Below, in pieces: positions 16,427-24,434 of a DNA stretch of 64,000 nt (position 1 is the first letter of the stretch; the number at the start of each line of letters is the position of its first letter). The translations under genes were made by a program, and so were the position numbers. The DNA comes from an uncultured Granulicella sp. (lineage in GTDB: Bacteria > Acidobacteriota > Terriglobia > Terriglobales > Acidobacteriaceae). The notes under the pieces are model-generated. The model did not search any database and had not been told where the DNA came from. It saw only the letters and a program-made list of their open reading frames with translations. The stretch lies in NCBI GenBank assembly GCA_963693075.2, contig CAXMMP010000001.1:1044471-1108470 (forward strand). Direction: 5' to 3'.

Positions 16427-17235
16427 GCATCTCAACGGTATTGCCACAACTTGAGGAAACGGAGGCGGGAGAGTCGAGTCTGTTCGACTCTCTCGCCCGC
16501 CTTGTGCCGCCAGAACTGCAAACGGCATACTACCGCGTCTTAGCACACACACGAACACTCGGCCCGGATGACGAGATGCTTCGCATCCTCGAAGCGATGG
16601 GCGTCCTCGCGTTGCTGACTCGGCACACTCCAAAGGACATCGCTGATGAGCGCGAGCGCATTCAGGAGATGTTGGATTTACATCTTCAGTTCTCCGATGA
16701 ATCGCAACAAAAGATGTTGGAGTATGTCCATTTCATCGAAGGCCGTTTGGCTGAGCTGCCTTCCGAGATTGAAGTAGGTCTCGATCCTCAGCAGATTGCA
16801 AAGATTCTAGGCGAGAGCCTGCGTCAGCACTTCGTGCAGTCCGGTGTCCCGGATACTGTTGCAGGACTGCAGGCCACGACTGCTGCAATGGGAAACGTCC
16901 AGAAGCAACTGAGCGGAGTTTTGCGCGATCTGACGGACAGAGATAGCGGAGTTGCGGCAAGAGTCGAATCCGCAAATCGCAACGTTTTTCAATCACTGGA
17001 GCGCCGAACGAAGGCGCTGGACGAGCTCTTGCATGAATTCAAGACGGACTTGCTCCGCATATGGATTCCGTTGGCCACTGCTGCGACGATGCTTATCGGG
17101 CTGTTCGCCGGGATGGAAATACAAGGGTGTAGAGACACGGGACCGGGGTCGGCGACCCAGTCATTGCCTCCCTCGATTGCGGTGCCCTCTGTTCCTGACA
17201 CCCTGGCAACTCCACGTCGGGCAAGGCAAAAGTAA
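16423..17235 (+). CDS. Hypothetical protein, mostly helical, with one C-terminal TM segment
   Basis: 270 aa. ATGA overlap with the ParA-like gene. A hydrophobic stretch IWIPLATAATMLIGLFAGM lies near the C-terminus. No recognisable motif. Confidence 0.6.
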   Translation: MSISTVLPQLEETEAGESSLFDSLARLVPPELQTAYYRVLAHTRTLGPDDEMLRILEAMGVLALLTRHTPKDIADERERIQEMLDLHLQFSDESQQKMLEYVHFIEGRLAELPSEIEVGLDPQQIAKILGESLRQHFVQSGVPDTVAGLQATTAAMGNVQKQLSGVLRDLTDRDSGVAARVESANRNVFQSLERRTKALDELLHEFKTDLLRIWIPLATAATMLIGLFAGMEIQGCRDTGPGSATQSLPPSIAVPSVPDTLATPRRARQK

Positions 17236-17417
17236 CGCAGCGTCTCCGTCCACAACGCAATAGAACAGCCACCTCACTTTGTGAGGTCTTGGGATCAGCC
17301 GATGATGGCAAAGCCCTCCGCTCTTGACCATATATCGGGGCTCCTGGTGTTCGCTTTCAGTGGTATGTTCTGTCCCTTGGACAGTCCTTAGAACATTCCG
17401 GTATCCTCAGAGGCAAT

Positions 17418-18515
17418 ATGTCAATGCTCCAAGACAATCCGGGAGTGGGATCGTCTGTGAGGGTAAAGCCAAAGACTCAAGTGCCGACGAAGGTCACTAC
17501 AGAATCTGGCACAGTTCGCTCATTGCCCCACGTCGTGAGCCTTTTTTGCGGGGCAGGGGGACTCGATTGGGGATTCAAGAAGGCGAACTTTCCCGTTGCT
17601 GTTGCTTTTGACAAATCCAGCGCGGCAATCAAGTCACACAAACACAACTTCCCTGATACCAAGAGTATTCGCGCAGATTTGCGCGAACTGACATCACAGG
17701 GAATGATTGATCATGTGCTCGGCGTACTCGATGCCGGTTCATGCATAGGTGTAATTGGTGGTCCGCCTTGCCAAGGCTTTTCGCGAGCGAACGCGGGGTC
17801 TACAACCGCCGATCCGCGAAATAGTTTAGTTCAACTTTACCTCGACACAATCAAAGCGCTTCAAACGAAATTTAAAGTAGAGTTTGTAGTTTTCGAAAAT
17901 GTTCTAGGTATCAAGGACAAAAAACACCTCCCAACATTCCAATCGCTGCTCGATGGACTCAAGGCACTCGGCTTTGATGCTGTAGATGCCGAATACTGCG
18001 CACTTGACTTCGGAGTTCCTCAGAACCGAAGACGAATCATCGTCACGGCCATGGCGCGTGGTCGCGGATATCCGCCTATAAAGGTCAGGAAGAGAACTGG
18101 GCCGAGGAATGTCGAGGACGTGATCCGGAAGCTCTGCGCGCCAGCCTTCTTCTCGCGCAAATTGCAGACGGAAGACATTCCAGGTCATGCCAATCACTGG
18201 ACGATGCGGCCAAAGTCAGCCAGATTTTCGCAGCTTCCTTCGGCTTGGCGAGCCACGCGCAGTTTCAGGCTTACCAAATGGGATGCTCCTAGCCCCACAA
18301 TCGCATTCGGGCATAGAGAGATACACGTACACCCGTCATGTACTCGTCGCCTGAGCATATACGAGGCGATGCTGCTTCAAGGGTTTCCGAAGGTCTTCAT
18401 CTTGAAGGGAACTCTCTCCGATCAGGTTGAGCAAATCTCCAATGCTGTCCCACCTCCCTTGGCACTCGCCATCGCGCAAGGCATTCGTCGTGCGGTTCTA
18501 GGAGTGCAGCCATGA
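17418..18515 (+). CDS. dcm: DNA (cytosine-5)-methyltransferase
   Basis: The canonical C5-MTase motifs appear in order: LFCGAGGLDWGF (I), GGPPCQGFS (IV, catalytic Cys), ENV (VI), QNRRR (VIII) and NAVPPPLA (X). Confidence 0.92.
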   Translation: MSMLQDNPGVGSSVRVKPKTQVPTKVTTESGTVRSLPHVVSLFCGAGGLDWGFKKANFPVAVAFDKSSAAIKSHKHNFPDTKSIRADLRELTSQGMIDHVLGVLDAGSCIGVIGGPPCQGFSRANAGSTTADPRNSLVQLYLDTIKALQTKFKVEFVVFENVLGIKDKKHLPTFQSLLDGLKALGFDAVDAEYCALDFGVPQNRRRIIVTAMARGRGYPPIKVRKRTGPRNVEDVIRKLCAPAFFSRKLQTEDIPGHANHWTMRPKSARFSQLPSAWRATRSFRLTKWDAPSPTIAFGHREIHVHPSCTRRLSIYEAMLLQGFPKVFILKGTLSDQVEQISNAVPPPLALAIAQGIRRAVLGVQP

Positions 18516-20494
18516 CCCAGACCGGTGAGGTGATTCTTGATGAGCAGCGCCTAATTGCCCGAATCTTGGAGAGCCAAAATAGCGGTGATTTTGTTTCAAC
18601 TCGGTTGCAAACGGACGAGAGAGTAATTGCCCGTGTGACGGATGGCATATACCGTCAGCCTGCGTCAGCTCTGCGGGAGCTTATTTCAAACGCTTACGAT
18701 GCGGACGCAACGCGTGTTGTAATTCAAACTGACGCCCCGAGATTCGACCGCATCAGCGTGGAAGATGATGGTGTCGGAATGACGCCGGCTACACTCGCTC
18801 ATCTCTTGCGTCATATTGGCGGGAGTGCTAAGCGGAATGATGAAGGACGTGGTCTTGGTGTTACCTCACAGACTGACCTGACTTTGAGTCCCGGTGGTCG
18901 GAAGCTAATAGGAAAGATTGGCATCGGGCTTTTTTCCGTTTCACAACTCACCCATTCATTTCAGATCGTCACTAAGATCGCTGGAGACCCCTACCGTACC
19001 ATCGCAACGGTTACGCTCAGGCAATATTCAGATGAGCATTCTCAGACAGCGTCTGGTGATCTTGGTTCCGAATTCGAAGCCGGGAAGGTAAACATATGGC
19101 GTGAAAAGGCCGCTGACACAGATGTTCATGGCACGACAATAATCCTCAATAGTATTCGCCCCCAAGCACGCGATACCCTACGAAGCCGTGAGATTTGGGC
19201 CGCGATTGAGGAAGCTGAGGGGCAGTCAACTAGCGGGGAGAAACATGATCTCGAACCGCCTAAATATCACATAGGCAGAATTGATCCAGCATCAGGCGAG
19301 TTACTCAAAAAGACAGCACAGAGGTTTTCAAATACCCCTTGGAGTGAGTCGGATAGTCCAAAAGAAGCATTCGATGCTCTAGTCAATTGCGTTTGGGATG
19401 AGATACGGCAAGGAACGGATACAAATCCACGACTTGAACGTCTGTTCGACTACTACTTGCGGATGATTTGGCAGTTGAGTCTTGCCATCCCGCTCCCTTA
19501 TGTAGATGGACACCCCTTCGACATCGCACTCACTGAGGTTGGAGCTGCTTACAAACTATCAAATCAGGGTAAGGTACAAGCCTCGTTGCTTGCAGATGTC
19601 GAGGGGTCTTTGCGCGATCGTCTCAACTTGCAGGATGCCACAGTACGCGACGACGAATTCAGTGTCTTCATAGACCAGCTAAAGCTGGGGCGGCCCCTGC
19701 GTTTTACCGGTCTTCCTAGCACGTCACATGCATTGAAAAGGCCACTCATCTTCGCGGGTCAATGCCTACAAGAATTTACCAATGTTGCTCCAGAATTAAG
19801 TGGTGGCCCGCTTGAATTCGAGGCGTACTTGTTTTGGGCTCCCAAAATTGCACCGGTAGAGCATCAAGGTTCACTGATTAGAATCCACGGTTCTAGTGGG
19901 ACACTCTTCGATCCGACCTTTATGCGCTATCAGGTTTCCGAACAGACACGACTTAGACAGATTACTTGCGAAATTTTTGTACACCGAGGACTTGATAGCG
20001 CCCTCAATATTGATCGGGAATCATTCAACGCCGCACATCCACACTCTGTATACATAACCAAATGGCTTCATAATGCCCTTCGTCAGGTCGCGTCCGCGCA
20101 AAAGAGGCTAGCAAGCGAGATTCGAAACGAACAACGAGAGGGGAGCCGACAAGCTACGCTCTCTGGAATCCAGGAGATCGCATACGACGTATGGACGGAG
20201 GAAGCGTCTGACGAAGGATCAAGCCCGCCTCCTGTCAAGTTTGTTGCTGCTGGCGACGAGCCATCTGCATCGCCAGACAGCGACACCTTTGTTTTCTCTC
20301 GTGCTACTGTAATGCCGGAAAGTCTGAATACAAAGACGGCGAAGGCTAGAGCAAAAGACTCTGTAGTGGAGGAAAAGCTTCGGGCGATTGTCCAAGCGCT
20401 ATCGTCATACCATCTCTTGGATAGTCTTAGTAAACGTAAGCGTGAGCGGTTACTTCGTGCCATTTATCAAATTCTGGTGAGTGAGGACGAATGA
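18512..20494 (+). CDS. GHKL-superfamily ATPase (HATPase_c_3 / MutL-MORC-like N-terminus) with a roughly 450-aa C-terminal region of unknown function
   Basis: Bergerat-fold motifs are present: LRELISNAYDADA (N box), VEDDGVGM (G1) and GKIGIGLFS (G2). ATGA overlap with dcm at 18512-18515. I could not recognise any nuclease motif in the C-terminal two-thirds. Confidence 0.8.
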   Translation: MTQTGEVILDEQRLIARILESQNSGDFVSTRLQTDERVIARVTDGIYRQPASALRELISNAYDADATRVVIQTDAPRFDRISVEDDGVGMTPATLAHLLRHIGGSAKRNDEGRGLGVTSQTDLTLSPGGRKLIGKIGIGLFSVSQLTHSFQIVTKIAGDPYRTIATVTLRQYSDEHSQTASGDLGSEFEAGKVNIWREKAADTDVHGTTIILNSIRPQARDTLRSREIWAAIEEAEGQSTSGEKHDLEPPKYHIGRIDPASGELLKKTAQRFSNTPWSESDSPKEAFDALVNCVWDEIRQGTDTNPRLERLFDYYLRMIWQLSLAIPLPYVDGHPFDIALTEVGAAYKLSNQGKVQASLLADVEGSLRDRLNLQDATVRDDEFSVFIDQLKLGRPLRFTGLPSTSHALKRPLIFAGQCLQEFTNVAPELSGGPLEFEAYLFWAPKIAPVEHQGSLIRIHGSSGTLFDPTFMRYQVSEQTRLRQITCEIFVHRGLDSALNIDRESFNAAHPHSVYITKWLHNALRQVASAQKRLASEIRNEQREGSRQATLSGIQEIAYDVWTEEASDEGSSPPPVKFVAAGDEPSASPDSDTFVFSRATVMPESLNTKTAKARAKDSVVEEKLRAIVQALSSYHLLDSLSKRKRERLLRAIYQILVSEDE

Positions 20495-21660
20495 CAGCCA
20501 ACGGAGAGCAGGGTGATGATCTCGCAGAAGATATAGTCGGAGTTGAAGCCTACGAGGCACCAAGGCCACCACAAAAAGAGTTTCAGCCATGGCATCGCCC
20601 GCGGAAGCAATTCGTCCGTAAGGAACAATGGGCAGTTCAGTTAGAGGCTTTGCTAGACGCCAGAAGCGTAAAGCCAGAAGTGCTTCGTTACCTCGGGTTG
20701 CCCGGTATTGATCTACTAGATCTACGGCACGTACATGATATTGTGTGTCACCCGAGGAGCATTCAACTCGCATTCTTGGGGTTCAATAGCGCCATTTCTT
20801 CAAATAGCGACCAACAGACAGAGATCAATATCTCTTTGGATGAAGTGTTGCGTCTACCTAATGTGGCGACGCAATCGAAAATCATTCCAGATGATATTCG
20901 TCGGCTATCGAATCCTTTGTCGATTGGGAATCAGACGGCCCGTCGTCTTGGCCCATTTGACGTAGTGAATCTTGATCTATGTGACGGTTTTGGTAAGCAG
21001 GAGCCTGGGGTTGTTGATGACTCGCACTACAACGCATTAGCTCAGATTCTTTCAATTCAACTGCTGAACCCCAACCCTTGGTTGCTCTTCCTGACGACCA
21101 GGGTAGGGCATGCAGATGTCCATGTCGAGTTGCTTAAGAAGTTCCAGGACATCTATGAGAAGAACTTGACAGACATAAAGGCGTTTCGAGATTTATCTAC
21201 CGAAAAGTTCGGAGTGAATGACAGAGACAGCATTAACTCCGTTTGTGCTACAGAGAGAGGACACGCAGACGTATTCTTGACAGGCCTGTGCAAGTGGATG
21301 TCTCAACTGGTTCTCAATACGAACCCTCCCGCACAGCTTGAGGTCACGAGTGTGCTCGGATACAAAGTATTGCCAACTGCTACAAGCGAAGACCTAATTT
21401 CCTGCGCGATCCGATTCACGCCACGACCCGGTGTAGTGAATGATCCGGTGGGGGTTGCTGGGATTCTCAACAATCGACAAACAGACGAAGGAGCGATTGC
21501 GGTCAGAGCGCTGAAACGGATCGCAAATCGAGGCGATGTTGATACGATTTTAGCCGACGATGTCGACTTGCAAAAGAAAATGCTAGAGGAGATGGCGGGG
21601 CTTCTTGAACTTGCACGCTACGACCGTACCGCGTTTCTTACGTGGGCTACTAGTAGCTGA
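20491..21660 (+). CDS. Hypothetical protein, third gene of the dcm-GHKL operon (possible degenerate Rossmann/MTase-like fold)
   Basis: 389 aa. ATGA overlap with the GHKL gene at 20491-20494. Segments YLGLPGIDLLDL and FDVVNLDLCDGFG resemble motif I and motif IV regions of Rossmann-fold transferases. No confident family assignment. Confidence 0.65.
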   Translation: MTANGEQGDDLAEDIVGVEAYEAPRPPQKEFQPWHRPRKQFVRKEQWAVQLEALLDARSVKPEVLRYLGLPGIDLLDLRHVHDIVCHPRSIQLAFLGFNSAISSNSDQQTEINISLDEVLRLPNVATQSKIIPDDIRRLSNPLSIGNQTARRLGPFDVVNLDLCDGFGKQEPGVVDDSHYNALAQILSIQLLNPNPWLLFLTTRVGHADVHVELLKKFQDIYEKNLTDIKAFRDLSTEKFGVNDRDSINSVCATERGHADVFLTGLCKWMSQLVLNTNPPAQLEVTSVLGYKVLPTATSEDLISCAIRFTPRPGVVNDPVGVAGILNNRQTDEGAIAVRALKRIANRGDVDTILADDVDLQKKMLEEMAGLLELARYDRTAFLTWATSS

Positions 21661-21845
21661 CAGGCAAACCGCAATTGCTTTTCTGGTCAGTATGATTGAG
21701 CTTCTAAAGTCCATCCCTAGATTCTTTTCTGATACCCATCGAACTGACCTCGAACATCTTCGAATCGCGTTCGACCCTGTTCGATGACCGTTCGTGATGT
21801 ACTTTTATGGTGGCATTCCTAAGCCGACAGACTTAGGGATGGTGT

Positions 21846-22526
21846 CTACTTCTTCCTTTCGTTTTTCGCGTCGGCTGATTCCGCTGTCTCGCGGAGTCGT
21901 GCAGATGCTGCATTTCGTCCCATAAATGGCGTCTGCGGCTGACACACTCGCTGCAAAGCATCCTGGAGCCACAAAGGAAAGAGTGAGGTGTGCCGCTGGA
22001 GTTCACGGATCGCTTCCTCGGGAACTATTTCGACAAGTTGGCCGAGGACTTTGCTTACCTCGGCGGGGCCAGCCCACGCCAGCGCCCGTACCAACTCCCC
22101 CGGAGGCTCATTCCAGAGGACAAGCTGCCAGTTAGGAGCGTGCTGGAAGTAAATCATCAACTTGCCCATCTTGTACGAACGAGTTCTACCGGAAGTCCAA
22201 TAAACGGTGTGCATGGGAACCTGAGTGGTCAAGCCAAGAGCGTTGGCGCAAAACGCTCCAAAGGGCGCTATCGCCTCTCCTGATTGGTTCGCGATCTGTT
22301 CGATGAAGACGTCAACTCCGGGTCCATAACGGCCAAAGCGGCTGATGATGGTGGCTACGTAGACTCCGCGAGAAACTCTGAAAATCTCGCCGCCCTTTGC
22401 TAAGGCGCAGAGCGTCCGGGATATAGTCTCCCGATCTGCGAGATGGAGGAACGTTGCCACCGTAACGGGTTTCCCTTCGTGCATCTTGGCGAGTTCCGCA
22501 GTGATGGCTTTGGCTAGCTCTCGCAT
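21846..22526 (-). CDS. AbiEi-like / DUF6088-like wHTH protein (orphan; no AbiEii partner visible)
   Basis: 226 aa. The pattern KPVTVATFLHLADRETISRTLCALAKGGEIFRVSRGVYV...GAFCANALGLTTQVPMHTVYWTSGRTR matches my recollection of the DUF6088/AbiEi antitoxin N-terminal architecture. Confidence 0.6.
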   Translation of the reverse strand: MRELAKAITAELAKMHEGKPVTVATFLHLADRETISRTLCALAKGGEIFRVSRGVYVATIISRFGRYGPGVDVFIEQIANQSGEAIAPFGAFCANALGLTTQVPMHTVYWTSGRTRSYKMGKLMIYFQHAPNWQLVLWNEPPGELVRALAWAGPAEVSKVLGQLVEIVPEEAIRELQRHTSLFPLWLQDALQRVCQPQTPFMGRNAASARLRETAESADAKNERKK

Positions 22527-22750
22527 CCCACCAGAAGTATAAAGATGCGGTTGGGTCTGCTTCCAGTCTGGATCGATGTTCAGCCCGTCGGGTGGGCAAA
22601 TTCAGGCGCTCTCGCTCTTTTGAGAGCGACCTTCAGGGCGGGAAGACGGGCGCTTTTGGGTCAGAGGAATCTGGGAATGACAGGAGCAGACTCTATGGCA
22701 CGCAAAGGGACTTCCACTCTCACCGGCTTCGTTCGTGCTTATAGAGTGAA

Positions 22751-22772
22751 GCGGGCGGCGTAAGCCGCCCGC
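22751..22772 (-). terminator. Stem-loop downstream of ardC
   Basis: GCGGGCGGC-GTAA-GCCGCCCGC, a perfect 9-bp GC stem with a tetraloop, lies 12 nt after the ardC stop. The T-tract on the minus strand is weak. Confidence 0.4.
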
Positions 22773-22783
22773 CGAGAATAACC

Positions 22784-23713
22784 CTAACTAGCTTTCGCCA
22801 GTTGAGGGATATTCGAGAACGCTATCTCTGCCTTTGATTCAAGAGCAGACAGGATCACAGCGGAAGTTTTCTGGATGACCTCAAGGCTTTCGGTGAGGAG
22901 CGCCGCATTACCGTGGTAGAGGTGGATGTAGTCAGCCGAAGCTCTGCCCGTCGATAGGCCGATGGTCTTGCCGACGACAAAGGCGATTGCCTCGGCCTCC
23001 GTCTCGCGTACTGTCTTTGTCGTGGCTGTGCGCCGCTCGGCCTTGTGCAACATCTCGTGTGCGAGTTCGTGAACGAGGGTGGAGAACTCCTCGGGTGCGG
23101 ACTGCCCCGACAGAATCGCAATCTTTCCGCCGTAGCTCATCCCCAACGCGGGAGCGATGCTCTCTTTCCACTCAAGCGACACTCCCTGAGCGATCACAAA
23201 ATCGACCAACCGTTCCCGGTACTCGCCAACATTGCCTGTGACGCGCTCGGACAGTTCGGGAAGCCCCTTGCCTTCCGTCTGCGAGACATCAAAGACGTAG
23301 GCGGAGCGGAACCCGACCAACACGGCTTGATTCTGGGTGCGGATGTCCTTCTCCGCTTCAGCATCCTTCTTGCGCTTTACGCCAATGACCGGGGCGAGAA
23401 TGCGGATGCCGCGCTCTCCCTTCTTGACCTTGCGGCCAAGCTGGTTCCACGCATAGAGCCCGGCTACTCTCTGAGCATCTGGCCTTTGTCGGGCGATCTC
23501 CAAGATGTTCCCAAAGCTGTAATTGTGAAATCTTCCCATCGCCGTGAGGTACGCGGTGAGTCCTTCCGAGTGTCCCTGCTCCAACTGCTCGATGAGGGCT
23601 TGGACGTTGGCCGCGATAGCTTCCTTCGCCGTCTGCTGCTTCTGTTGCTGCTGTTTGAGGTTTTGGGTGAACGGGGTGACGGTGGATGCGGTGGTAATGG
23701 ATGCGGTGTTCAT
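22784..23713 (-). CDS. ardC: ArdC-type antirestriction protein (ssDNA-binding N-domain + HExxH metalloprotease domain)
   Basis: The N-terminal domain is typical of ArdC/DUF1738: FHNYSFGNILEIARQRPDAQRVAGLYAWNQLGRKVKKGERGIRILAPV. The C-terminal zincin motif is LVHELAHEMLH. A strong AAGGAGG precedes the ATG at 23713. Confidence 0.85.
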   Translation of the reverse strand: MNTASITTASTVTPFTQNLKQQQQKQQTAKEAIAANVQALIEQLEQGHSEGLTAYLTAMGRFHNYSFGNILEIARQRPDAQRVAGLYAWNQLGRKVKKGERGIRILAPVIGVKRKKDAEAEKDIRTQNQAVLVGFRSAYVFDVSQTEGKGLPELSERVTGNVGEYRERLVDFVIAQGVSLEWKESIAPALGMSYGGKIAILSGQSAPEEFSTLVHELAHEMLHKAERRTATTKTVRETEAEAIAFVVGKTIGLSTGRASADYIHLYHGNAALLTESLEVIQKTSAVILSALESKAEIAFSNIPQLAKAS

Positions 23714-23747
23714 GGGTGTTTCCTCCTTGGCGGTTGCCGTTGTTTTT

Positions 23748-23765
23748 CATGCCATGCGTGGCATG
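23748..23765. promoter_or_regulatory. 18-bp palindrome 35 nt upstream of the ardC start (operator candidate)
   Basis: CATGCCA-TGCG-TGGCATG with perfect 7-bp arms. Confidence 0.35.
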
Positions 23766-24083
23766 TACCTACATGCCGAACGCCACCTGGCGAAGGTGGG
23801 GCGGCAAGGCGCAAGGGAGGGGTATCGCCCACCCGAAGGGCGAGCGGAGCGAGTGATTTTTACGCAGGAAAAATTATGGGGACACCCTTGTCGCCGCGCC
23901 AGGGCAGCGCCCTCAGCGAGGTTTGGTCTCCTAATTCGCGCTCGTCAGAGCGCCTGACTTCAGGGAGGGCGTTGCGGGAAGGAACAGCCCGCAGAGGTGG
24001 GAAACGGAGAACCGCAGGATCGAAGCGCGGGAGGAGGCCTACTCCCGGCAGTCATGGATTTCGTGCATCCCGGAAGGAAAACC

Positions 24084-24112
24084 CAATTGTGTCACCAGTG
24101 ATGACACAATTG
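24084..24112. other. Perfect 11-bp stem-loop inside the 0.7-kb ardC-hsdR spacer
   Basis: CAATTGTGTCA-ccagtga-TGACACAATTG. No adjacent T-tract on the plus strand. Function unknown. Confidence 0.35.
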
Positions 24113-24434
24113 CTGTGGTTACGCCACCGCATCATCTCAGTCCAGAGCGAGTGGGCGGAAGACCGTGGAGACCCCGTGCGCACACCTGTAACGGAGCTTG
24201 TTGGGAGTTTATTTCTTTGGTGGTTGTGAAGGCGGAAAAGATCCGTTTGCAAGTGTCGTAGGGGAACGTGACGGCAGGAACAGGCCCGCTGCGGAGGGTG
24301 GCGACGGAATAACTAGCCGTAGAAATGGAGGAATATCCTCCTTCAAGACACGCTCGAATCGTCGCTAACCATAACACTGACGCTTTGACGTTCTATTGTG
24401 TAGGCTTAGAAGCAAGCCATCACTGCTGTTCTCT

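Noticed and set aside
23045-24229. 394-aa plus-strand ORF running antisense through ardC and into the spacer, with an arginine-rich sub-ORF from ATG 23877.
   Set aside because: The first part is antisense to a well-supported gene. The remainder is Arg/Gly-rich junk typical of GC-rich non-coding DNA, with no SD.
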